From Octopus vulgaris (taxonomy: Eukaryota), in the NCBI GenBank assembly GCA_951406725.2, contig OX597824.1, positions 53,692,001-53,756,000 of the forward strand: a stretch of DNA of 64,000 nt, given 5' to 3'. Shown piece after piece: positions 26,849 through 37,451 of this stretch (position 1 is its first letter; the number at the start of each line of letters is the position of its first letter). Below the pieces are notes generated by a model. It worked only from the letters and a program-made list of their open reading frames with translations. It searched no databases and was not told the origin of the DNA. The position numbers and the translations under genes were made by a program.

Positions 26849-26894
<46 letters not shown>

Positions 26895-27497
26895 TAGTAT
26901 AATGCCAAACCTCACATCCCTGACCTGGTAACTTTATCTTCCTTTTGCTCACAAATGACAAATGATACACTGGTGGGTATCTGCATTTAATCCTACCAAC
27001 ATCTCTGCCATTATTATTACTCTCTGGTTCCCTTATCTTTCACTAGACCAATGTATAAGAATAGTTAACGCCATGTTGGATCGTTAGCCCCTACACGCAA
27101 TTTTTTTCTCTCCTTGTTTCTTTTCTGTGTATCTTTCTGTCGAAGAGCGTAGGCTCAAAACGTAAAAGACTTGTTTTATTTCTATTCCTGAGCGCCATAC
27201 TAATACATTGTTTGTTTGTACTCCACCTGCCTTCATCTTTTGTTTATTTTTGTAAACCTGCCTTCGTCTTTTGTTTATTTTCGTAAACCTTCCCGTTATA
27301 TATATATAAATTTAATCAGGGGATATATTTACCTCATGAAGAGATGGTTACATCCGAGGAAATACTGGTTCAATACCTAGTATTATTGGGAGATGAAATT
27401 CACTTAAAACAATAGGTATATATCAAACATATAGTTTATATCCATTTAAAGGAAGAAAAGGAAATAGAGATTAGGAAGTTAATAATTGTTTATTATT

Positions 27498-27819
27498 AAC
27501 AAATTGGTCATCTTCACTTCTTACTGCCATTTCAATTAATACTCAATAGTTAAAATACAAATTTGTACATTAAATTTACATTTATGTGATATGAGTATAA
27601 TTTCATCAGAGAAAAATAGATGTACCTTTGGATGTTATATGTGGGCCTATCAATTTATTTTGGCAGACTACTGAAGTTACAACATTCAAAGGTACATCAT
27701 TTTTTCTCTGATGAAATTATACTCATGTCACATAAATGTAAATTTAATGTACAAATTTGTAATTAAATTACTGAGTATTAATCAAAACAGCTGTAAGAAG
27801 TGAAGATAACCAAATTGTT
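27498..27819. repeat. Imperfect fold-back (~140-bp arms), each arm a decayed long-stem-II hammerhead
   Basis: 27498-27637 is the reverse complement of 27681-27819. Plus arm: TTCT-CTGATGA-AATTATACTCA...TGAGTATTAATC-AAAA-CAGCTG-TA-AGAA. Confidence 0.75.
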
Positions 27820-28288
27820 GGCTCCTGTGCAAGTGGTACATAAAAAAAACACCATTTGAGCATGGCCATCACCAGTACTGCCTGACTGGCCCTCATGCCG
27901 GTGGCACGTAAAAGCACCCACTACACTCTTGGAGTGGTTGGCGTTAGGAAGGACATCCAGCTGTAGAAACTCTGCCAGACCAGATTGGAGCCTGGTGCAG
28001 CCATCTGGCGTGCCAGTCCTCAGTCAAAATCGTCCAACCCATGCCAGCATGGAAAGTGGACGTTAAACAATGATGATGATGATGATGATATAGGCAAGGC
28101 TGTGTGGTTAAGAAGTTTGCTTCCCAGCCATGTGGTTTCAAGTCCAGTCCCACAGTGTGACACTCTGATCAAGTGGATTTAGTAGATAGAAACTGAAAGA
28201 AGCCCAAAGTGTGTGTGAGTGTGTCCTATCCTTGACATCATATAATGGTTGTAAATGAACATCACCATTATACAAGTGGTGTCCTCCA

Positions 28289-28673
28289 TTCTTTTTGCCA
28301 GCCAGAGCGAGGTGCGTCTCTTACTGAAAAATTCCCATATCAAAATCGAACAAACCATTTCTGGCACATCTGTTCTGAAACAGCATTCTCTCCATACATA
28401 TTGCATAACTTTCGGCAAGTTTCTGTTGCTTTCTTTCCTTTTCTGAAGTAAAAAAGCATAAGATGCTGATAGTGCTCTGCCCGGTCTTCCATGTCTAGGC
28501 TCAAATGCAATCAAACAAGTTGCAATCTCTCTCCTTTGAGGCTTGTTACACACTGATGTAACCTTGGTCGTTAGACCGAATACAGTTTCTAAAGAAAAAG
28601 AATATCGGAACAGTGATTAGAAGACCGAACAGTTGATACTAAAAAAATTAAACGGAGTTTTTGGCCAACCCAA
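28289..28673 (-). mobile_element. Mariner 5' fragment (part of inverted duplication)
   Basis: Near-identical to 33746-34130 reversed; TIR TTGGGTTGGCCAAAAAC next to TA. Confidence 0.85.
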
Positions 28674-29038
28674 TATATATATATATATATATATATAATT
28701 GAGTAATTGAATAAATTATCTTATTAAGGATAATTCGAAAGATAACCGATACCTGGGTAGCAAATTCACATCAGAAAGAACACGGTTGAAGCTACGTCCA
28801 TAGGGCATAGACTATGTGTCTTCGTGCGGAAATTTGTATGTTTATTTTAAAATTATAAGTATATGAAAGAGTGGAGTTGAACGACTAGTTAACAAATATC
28901 CTTTATTCTTGACATATGTTTCCCGATTCTTTCGCTATCTACTTTCCTTAATTTGACTTTAAATTTCATAGAACTCACTCCTAATAACTTCATGAGGATA
29001 ATCAAACCCTCTAGGATGTCTGGAAAGCATATATGTGA

Positions 29039-29127
29039 TTTAGCTGATGAATACTGGACATTTGTATTTGCTGCAATATTTGCAGCTTCAAATAAAATTG
29101 TTCTTAGTATGAAACAATTGTACTAAA
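29039..29127 (+). ncRNA. Type I hammerhead ribozyme, canonical core
   Basis: TTTAG-CTGATGA-ATACT...AGTAT-GAAA-CAATTG-TA-CTAAA; stems I and II pair; palindromic stem III; predicted cut after 29122. Confidence 0.8.
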
Positions 29128-29265
29128 TTACTAATCCATTCTTGTTGCTTTTTTCTTGGTTATAATCACCCCACATTATTTTATGGTTAATACCATAAAG
29201 TATTCTGGTGCATCTAAGTTAAGTACCATATTCATTGGAATTCACTTGAATCTTAATTGTTTTTG

Positions 29266-29307
<42 letters not shown>

Positions 29308-29539
29308 AATTAAGGACTGAACACGAAAAGTGGACAGCCAACATGCTAGATATAGACGTCAAATCGCCATTCTCCACAAAAGATTATGTTCTCAAATCAA
29401 ACTCATCACAAACCCAAGCAATAAACAAGTGAAAATATACGAAATACAATACTTATCCATGTACTGATTCAGTTTCGGTATATATATATTGTTATATTTC
29501 GGGATGGTAATTTCTTTTTCCTGCCAAATAAACACATGC

Positions 29540-30110
29540 ACTAATTTTCAAGAGGAGACTGCCAAATCATTTGAGTTCATTTAGAGATGAAAATAAAAGA
29601 TTCCAAACAAGTCTTAGTAAATTAATCTGGTCTATTAAAGACAGAAACAAAGACCATACTATCAATTGGGAATTAATCTGTACTGCAAAACCATACAGAC
29701 CTGGAACTAAAAATATGGCCTATGTTTAGAAGAATTATACCAAATTTTTACATCTAAAAGTAATATGATAAATTCTAGACAGGAACAAGCTTTGAGATGC
29801 TTGCACATGAGGAAATTCACATTTGTCCAGTATAGATGAATAATAAACATTTAAACAACGGAATGCTTTGAAATAAAGGATTATACATGATTATCAATCA
29901 TGTCTACAATGCAGAGTAGATAAACGAAAAACTTTAAATGGTTAAATCAAAGGATATTAAAGTAAAGACCCTGAAAAAATTGCACCCATATAATTGTAGG
30001 GATGCAGTTGCAATGGTTACTAATCAGTGCAGTTGAAACAGGTGTAGGTCTATGTAAAGCGGTATATATAAAAAGAATTAAAGGTAATGCTATGCCACTT
30101 CATAATAATC
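29540..30110 (+). mobile_element. PLE 3' fragment (GIY-YIG C-terminus + hammerhead-like motif 29966-30051)
   Basis: FKRRLPNHLSSF..TSLSKLIWSIK..INWELICTAKPY. Motif AGACC-CTGAAAA-AATTGCAC...GTGCAGTT-GAAA-CAGGTG-TA-GGTCT. Inverted copy at ~35020-35595. Confidence 0.75.
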
Positions 30111-30126
30111 CTCATTATTGTTGTTA

Positions 30127-31386
30127 TTGGTTTTTTTAGGTGAAAATCAAAACAAAGTAAACAATTGTGAAAAATGTATTTAATCAATACAATAGTTACC
30201 ATTTGCTTCTATAACCTTTCGCCACCTGTTGGGTAGATCTTTAATCCCCTGTTCGAAGAATTTAGGTTCTTTATTAGCAAAAAAAGTTTCCAAGAAAGTT
30301 TTCACGTCTTCATCAGAATTAATATTTTTTCCATTCAATGAATTTTGCAGTGACCGAAACAGATGGAAATCTGATGGGCCCAGATCTGGAGAGTATGGAG
30401 GGTGAAGCAAAACTTCCCACTCAAGCTGCAGCAACTTCTGCCAAGTAATCAAAGCAGTGTGTGGCTTTGCGTTGTCATGGTGGAAAACAACCCCTTTGTG
30501 ATTCACCAGTTCTGGCCGTTTTTGATGAAGAGCTGTGTTTAATTTATCCAGTTGTTCACAATAAACCTCTGAATTGATGGTTTTATTCAAGGGAAGACGT
30601 TAAAAAAAGATAACACCCTTCCAATCCCACCATATCGATAACAGAACTTTCTATGGGTGAAGACCTGCATTGGATGTTCGTTTTGGAGAATCCCCTGCTT
30701 TTTTCCATGATCTTCTTCGTTTCACATTATTGTAAAGTACCCACTTTTCATCTCCAGTAACAATTGTTCTCAAAAAGGGTTCGTTGTTTTCCCTTTTCAG
30801 TAATGAATCACAAATGGAAACCCTCTGGACAAGATTTGCTTCTGTCAATTTATGGAGAACCCAAACATCAAGTTTAGAAACATAACCAAGTTTATGCAAT
30901 TCATTTTCCACACTTGTTTTGGATATGTTAATATCTGCGATTTGTCTGGTCGTAAGACAGCAGTCTTGTTTGACTACAGCTTTCAGTTGGTCGATGTCTA
31001 TTTCTTTTTGCCAGCCAGAGTGAGGTGCGTCTCTTACTGAAAAATTCCCATATCGAAATCGAACAAACCATTTCTGGCACACCTGTTCTGAAACAGCATT
31101 CTCTCCATACATATTGCATAACTTTCGGCAAGTTTCTGTTGCTTTCTTTCCTTTTCTGAAGTAAAAAAGCATAAGATGCCGATAGTGCTCTGCCCGGTCT
31201 TCCATGTCTAGGCTCAAATGCAATCAAACAAGTTGCAATCTCTCTCCTTTGAGGCTTGTTACACACTGATGTAACCTTGGTCGTTAGACCGAATACAGTT
31301 TCTAAAGAAAAAGAATATCGGAACAGTGATTAGAAGACCGAACAGTTGATACTAAAAAAATCAAACGGACTTTTTGGCCAACCCAA
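30127..31386 (-). mobile_element. Mariner (DD34D) transposon, inactivated
   Basis: HTH region, [29 protein letters not shown]; premature TAG plus frameshift; 3' TIR mostly deleted. Confidence 0.92.
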
Positions 31387-31397
31387 TATATATATAT

Positions 31398-31922
31398 ATA
31401 TTGTTATATTTCGGAATGGTCATATTGCCAGTTTAGCCAATAAAAACACACGCACTATATATTTGGTGTTATTTTGCTTCAGTGATATTTATTTTTTACA
31501 TTAATCTTAATCTTATTTCGGCCAGAGTTCTTTCGTCACACTCCTGTGACCGCATCAGTGGTCCTTTGTTTTCTTCTTTCGTATTTGTGTCTCTCCTTAC
31601 TAACCGTCAGCCATTTTGTATTTCTATTGTATGTCTTCATTTGCGCATGCTTATATCTCTATGTGCGTCTATGTTTATTTAGTGTGTGTGTGGGGGGATG
31701 CCTGTAATATTTGTATCTTCTGTTTATATACATTCATGTAATTTGTATTTTGTTTTTGTTGTTGCTTTTGTTCTAATTTTGTTCATGTGTTTACATCCAC
31801 CCATTATTATCATTACATATGCTTGTATGTATGTATAACAACAATATTAGTAATAATAATAATAAATCTAATCGTAAAAAAAAAAAAAATATATATATAT
31901 ATATATACACATATATATACAC

Positions 31923-31965
<43 letters not shown>

Positions 31966-32782
31966 CATACATAGATACATATACATATATATAGTTATTC
32001 ATTTCTATTTGTTTATTTATCTGTGTATTTATTTATTATGGTTTCGGGATCCTCTATCGTCATATGTTGTGGTGTGTGCTATTGCTCCATTCTAGTTTTC
32101 TATTCAGGCTAGGTTTATTTTCTATTATATGTGTAGCTTCTGTAATTTGTCTAATTGTTGCATCTGTTCTATGTGTGGACAATATCTTAATCTCTATGTT
32201 ATTGATTGATCCCCCGTGTTCCTGTTCGGCGTGTTGGTACAGAATCGATGAGCTTTTACCTTCCTTGTGTTGTCTCCAATGTTCATTCACCCGCTCTCCT
32301 ATGCTTCTTGCCGTTTCCCCTACGTATGTTATTGTCTTGTTACTGCATCGTCCCTCTATACATCTTATACTATAGACTACATTTCTGGCTTTACAGTGTG
32401 TTTCTGGGCTAAATCTACATACAGTGCAATAGTTATCCGTACAGAGGGTTCTACTAAAAGGATAGGTTCTACCAATTATAGATTTGATAGGGTTGCCTGG
32501 CTTTTCAAAAACCTGATGGTTAGTAAGGAGAGACACAAATACGAAAGAAGAAAACAAAGGACCACTGATGCGGTCACAGGAGTGTGATGAAAGAACTCTG
32601 GCCGAAATAAGATTAAGATTAATGTAAAAAATAAATATCACTGAAGCAAAATAACACCAAATATATAGTGCGTGTGTTTTTATTGGCTAAACTGGCAATA
32701 TGACCATTCCGAAATATAACAATATCTGTTTCAACACACGATTTCACATAAAAAATCTTGCACAACAAATATTTAAACGTAC
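31398..32782 (-). mobile_element. 5'-truncated PLE (GIY-YIG) with inverted pseudo-LTR
   Basis: CKARNVVYSIRC...TYVGETARSIGERVNEH (32060-32517). 31398-31605 is inverted at 32518-32722, with hammerhead-like CTGATGC-GGTCAC..GTGAC-GAAA motifs at 31520-31563(-) and 32560-32603(+). Confidence 0.85.
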
Positions 32783-32797
32783 TATATATATATATAT

Positions 32798-33727
32798 ATT
32801 TGAGTAATTGAATAAATTATCTTATTAAGGATAATTCAAAAGATAACCGATACCTGGGTAGCAAATTCACATCAGAAAGAACACGGTTGAAGCTACGTCC
32901 CTAGGGCATAGACTATGTGTCTTCGTGCGGAAATTTGTATGTTTATTTTAAAATTATAAGTATATGAAAGAATGGAGTTGAACGACTAGTTAACAAATAT
33001 CCTTTATTCTCGACATATGTTTCGAAGGCTGCATATTCCTAATTCCGAAGGAATAAGGAGTACATCATGCAGATTTCTCATCAGGAAAATCAAGGAACTT
33101 ATGTCGACATCAAAATGCACAAAAAACTTTTAGCTGACCGCTCTCAAGGAGCCCATGGTGATAATGAGTGACGTCAGAGTGGCTGAATGTAGAAGAATCT
33201 AGAAGTTTCTAAAGGTTCAAGAGTTCAAACGAAGTAGGAGGAGGGAGGTATAAGAATAATAAGGTGAGAGAGTGCAGGTCAAAAGAATGGTGGGTTTAAA
33301 TGATTTCTTTTGTGAATGAGTGCCTGTGTGTGTGACTGTATATAACTGTCTTAATGTGTGTATGTGTGTGTCTGAATGCGTGATTGTGTTTGTGGATGGG
33401 TAGATGTCAGAAAACTGACAGCTGTGAGTTGAAAGGTCTGTATCTGTGTGATCGATTTTGTTTACTGTAGGGAAAGGAAAGTAGATAGCGAAAGAATCCG
33501 GAAACATATGTCGAGAATAAAGGATATTTGTTAACTAGTCGTTCAACTCCATTCTTTCATATACTTATAATTTTAAAATAAACATACAAATTTCCGCACG
33601 AAGACACATAGTCTATGCCCTAGGGACGTAGCTTCAACCGTGTTCTTTCTGATGTGAATTTGCTACCCAGGTATCGGTTATCTTTCGAATTATCCTTAAT
33701 AAGATAATTTATTCAATTACTCAATTA
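32798..33727 (-). mobile_element. Non-coding PLE end with inverted terminal repeat
   Basis: 32798-33023 is inverted at 33501-33727; flanked by (TA)n; contains a canonical hammerhead. Confidence 0.7.
33006..33090 (-). ncRNA. Type I hammerhead ribozyme, canonical core, long stem II
   Basis: ATTTTC-CTGATGA-GAA..CTGCAT...ATGCAG..TTC-GAAA-CATATG-TC-GAGAAT (GUC cleavage triplet). Confidence 0.75.
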
Positions 33728-33745
33728 TATATATATATATATATA

Positions 33746-35006
33746 TTGGGTTGGCCAAAAACTCCGTTTAATTTTTTTAGTATCAACTGTTCGGTCTTCT
33801 AATCACTGTTCCGATATTCTTTTTCTTTAGAAACTGTATTCGGTCTAACGACCAAGGTTACATCAGTGTGTAACAAGCCTCAAAGGAGAGAGATTGCAAC
33901 TTGTTTGATTGCATTTGAGCCTAGACATGGAAGACCGGGCAGAGCACTATCGGCATCTTATGCTTTTTTACTTCAGAAAAGGAAAGAAAGCAACAGAAAC
34001 TTGCCGAAAGTTATGCAATATGTATGGAGAGAATGCTGTTTCAGAACAGGTGTGCCAGAAATGGTTTGTTCGATTTCGATATGGGAATTTTTCAGTAAGA
34101 GACGCACCTCACTCTGGCTGGCAAAAAGAAATAGACATCGACCAACTGAAAGCTGTAGTCAAACAAGACTGCTGTCTTACGACCAGACAAATCGCAGATA
34201 TTAACATATCCAAAACAAGTGTGGAAAATGAATTGCATAAACTTGGTTGTGTTTCTAAACTTGATGTTTGGGTTCTCCATAAATTAACAGAAGCAAATCT
34301 TGTCCAGAGGGTTTCCATTTGTGATTCATTACTGAAAAGGGAAAACAACGAACCCTTTTTGAGAACAATTGTTACTGGAGATGAAAAGTGGGTACTTTAC
34401 AATAATGTGAAACGAAGAAGATCATGGAAAAAAGCAGGGGATTCTCCAAAACGAACATCCAACGCAGGTCTTCACCCATAGAAAGTTCTGTTATCGATAT
34501 GGTGGGATTGGAAGGGTGTTATCTTTTTTTTAATGTCTTCCCTTGAATAAAACTATCAATTCAGAGGTTTATTGTGAACAACTGGATAAATTAAACACAG
34601 CTCTTCATCAAAAACAGCCAGAACTGGTGAATCACAAAGGGGTTGTTTTCCACCATGACAACGCAAGGCTACACACTGCTTTGATTACTTGGCAGAAGTT
34701 GCTGCAGCTTGAGTGGGAAGTTTTGCTTCACCCTCCATACTCTCCAGATCTGGGCCCATCAGATTTCCATCTGTTTCGGTCACTGCAAAATTCATTGAAT
34801 GGAAAAAATTTTAATTCTGATGAAGACGTGAAAACTTTCTTGGAAACTTTTTTTGCTAATAAAGAACCTAAATTCTTCGAACAGGGGATTAAAGATCTAC
34901 CCAACAGGTGGCGAAAGGTTATAGAAGCAAATGGTAACTATTGTATTGATTAAATACATTTTTCACAATTGTTTACTTTGTTTTGATTTTCACCTAAAAA
35001 AACCAA
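33746..35006 (+). mobile_element. Mariner (DD34D) transposon, inactivated
   Basis: ORF pieces 33909-34481 and 34543-34953; shares the stop, the frameshifted region and the 3' TIR deletion with 30127-31386. Confidence 0.92.
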
Positions 35007-35654
35007 TAACAACAATAATGAGGATTATTATGAAGTGGCATAGCATTACCTTTAATTCTTTTTATATATACCGCTTTACATAGACCTACACCTGTTTCAA
35101 CTGCACCGATTAGTAACCATTGCAACTGCATCCCTACAATTATATGGGTGCAATTTTTTCAGGGTCTTTACTTTAATATCCTTTGATTTAACCATTTAAA
35201 GTTTTTCGTTTATCTACTCTGCATTGTAGACATGATTGATAATCATGTATAATCCTTTATTTCAAAGCATTCCGTTGTTTAAATGTTTATTATTCATCTA
35301 TACTGGACAAATGTGAATTTCCTCATGTGCAAGCATCTCAAAGCTTGTTCCTGTCTAGAATTTATCATATTACTTTTAGATGTAAAAATTTGGTATAATT
35401 CTTCTAAACATAGGCCATATTTTTAGTTCCAGGTCTGTATGGTTTTGCAGTACAGATTAATTCCCAATTGATAGTATGGTCTTTGTTTCTGTCTTTAATA
35501 GACCAGATTAATTTACTAAGACTTGTTTGGAATCTTTTATTTTCATCTCTAAATGAACTCAAATGATTTGGCAGTCTCCTCTTGAAAATTAGTGCATGTG
35601 TTTATTTGGCAGGAAAAAGAAATTACCATCCCGAAATATAACAATATATATATA

Positions 35655-36333
35655 CCGAAACTGAATCAGTACATGGATAAATATTTTATTTCGTATATTT
35701 TCACTTGTTTATTGCTTGGGTTTGTGATGAGTTTGATTTGAGAACATAATCTTTTGTGGAGAATGGCGATTTGACGTCTATATCTAGCATGTTGACTGTC
35801 CACTTTTCGTGTTCAGTCCTTAATTGGTATATGTAAATATTTAATCTTCGGATTCTTTTTTTAATATGCTAGACCACTGGTTTTAATTGATAAATATTGA
35901 TTTCTACCCTAATTAATTTTATATTTTATATAAATAAATATGTTCTCTAACCGATAAATTGACTGCTGCTAATTATTAGCTGCAGGCTATTTTCTTCGGG
36001 TCTCAACGCGCCAAAGTAAAGGCATTTGAAAAATACATTCGAATGTAATAGGTTGAACTCCACGCACATGATACTCCGGTATCGTTTTTGCATCTAGTTC
36101 AGCAAATTGCATTTATATCGGGCCATGTTGACAAAGGCTACAGGTATCCTTGCGGATAATAGCCGAAACTGAATCAGTACATGGATAAGTATTGTATTTC
36201 GTATATTTTCACTTGTTTATTGCTTGGGTTTGTGATGAGTTTGATTTGAGAACATAATCTTTTGTGGAGAATGGCGATTTGACGTCTATATCTAGCATGT
36301 TGGCTGTCCACTTTTCGTGTTCAGTCCTTAATT

Positions 36334-36340
<7 letters not shown>
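35655..36340 (+). mobile_element. Small partial-tandem non-coding element (508-bp period) with hammerhead-like motif
   Basis: 35655-35832 is repeated at 36163-36340. Motif CCATG-TTGACAA-AGGCTA...TAGCC-GAAA-CTGAATCAG-TA-CATGG at 36123-36184. Flanked by (TA)n. Confidence 0.6.
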
Positions 36341-36383
<43 letters not shown>

Positions 36384-36520
36384 CAAAAACAATTAAGATT
36401 CAAGTGAATTCCAATGAATATGGTACTTAACTTAGATGCACCAGAATACTTTATGGTATTAACCATAAAATAATGTGGGGTGATTATAACCAAGAAAAAA
36501 GCAACAAGAATGGATTAGTA

Positions 36521-36599
36521 ATTTAGTACAATTGTTTCATACTAAGAACAATTTTATTTGAAGCTGCAAATACAAATGTCCAGTATTCATCAGCTAAAT
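36521..36599 (-). ncRNA. Type I hammerhead ribozyme, canonical core (sense to its PLE)
   Basis: ATTTAG-CTGATGA-ATACT...AGTAT-GAAA-CAATTG-TA-CTAAAT. Confidence 0.8.
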
Positions 36600-37451
36600 C
36601 ACATATATGCTTTCCAGACATCCTAGAGGGTTTGATTATCCTCATGAAGTTATTAGGAGTGAGTTCTATGAAATTTAAAGTCAAATTATAAGCAGACTTA
36701 AAATGCTTTCTAATGATGCACAGTTTTATAAAAAGTTTTTAAAAAGATTGTTAACTTCCCAGAGAAGGTGAATCCATCCATAAAAATGCAGATATAATTT
36801 CCGGAGACATGAGGAAAGCTGCTGGTCACACACCAGTTCATTTCACAACTAAGCTGTTGTAAATAGAATTTGGTTGTAGTAGCAAGAAAAGTTGGCGAAG
36901 CAGATTCAGCCCAAATAAAGGACATAATGGGAAGAAGGGAATAGAGGAGTAAGAAGACATAAATATACCATAGACAAAGGTTAGTTTATTTCTGTGGTGA
37001 CAGAAAATCTAGGTCAGTGTTGAAGGAATCTTAGATTTATAAAGGAACATTAAGTTTGACCACCACCTGCTAAGAACTGAGACCCTCACATATTGTAAGA
37101 AAGAATTTTGGTCAACATCTAGAGGTCAAATAAGTTCAATAGTAAATGGTGGGGAATTTTGCTTATTCAAAGTATATAGAGAAAATTGCTTGTATCCTTA
37201 AGAGAATAGTATTATTTATTAAATTTAGAATAGAATTAGGAAATATTATCAAAATTTATATGATTTAAGTTAGGTTAATCAAATTGACTATATAGACAAT
37301 CAAATTAGCATCGTACAAATACTATTTATTTTTATAATTAAAAAGGTACAGTTAGAAAGAAAGAACACCAGTGGAAGAGCCTATAGATTTCAATTTAAAA
37401 TATTTTAGAGTTTTGATTTTTGAGTGATTATACGGTTATTCTATATGATTT

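Larger units (their letters stand above)
24381..26850 (-). mobile_element. 5'-truncated PLE with ~1-kb inverted copy (palindrome), in (TA)n
   Basis: Minus arm encodes YKDD RT end + GIY-YIG; 25761-26785 is the near-identical reverse complement of 24381-25415; both ends abut (TA)n. Confidence 0.92.

Noticed and set aside
33866-34204. Overlapping 112-aa ORF repeated three times (28179, 30928, 33866)
   Set aside because: Alternative frame of the mariner transposase; recurrence reflects the duplication only.
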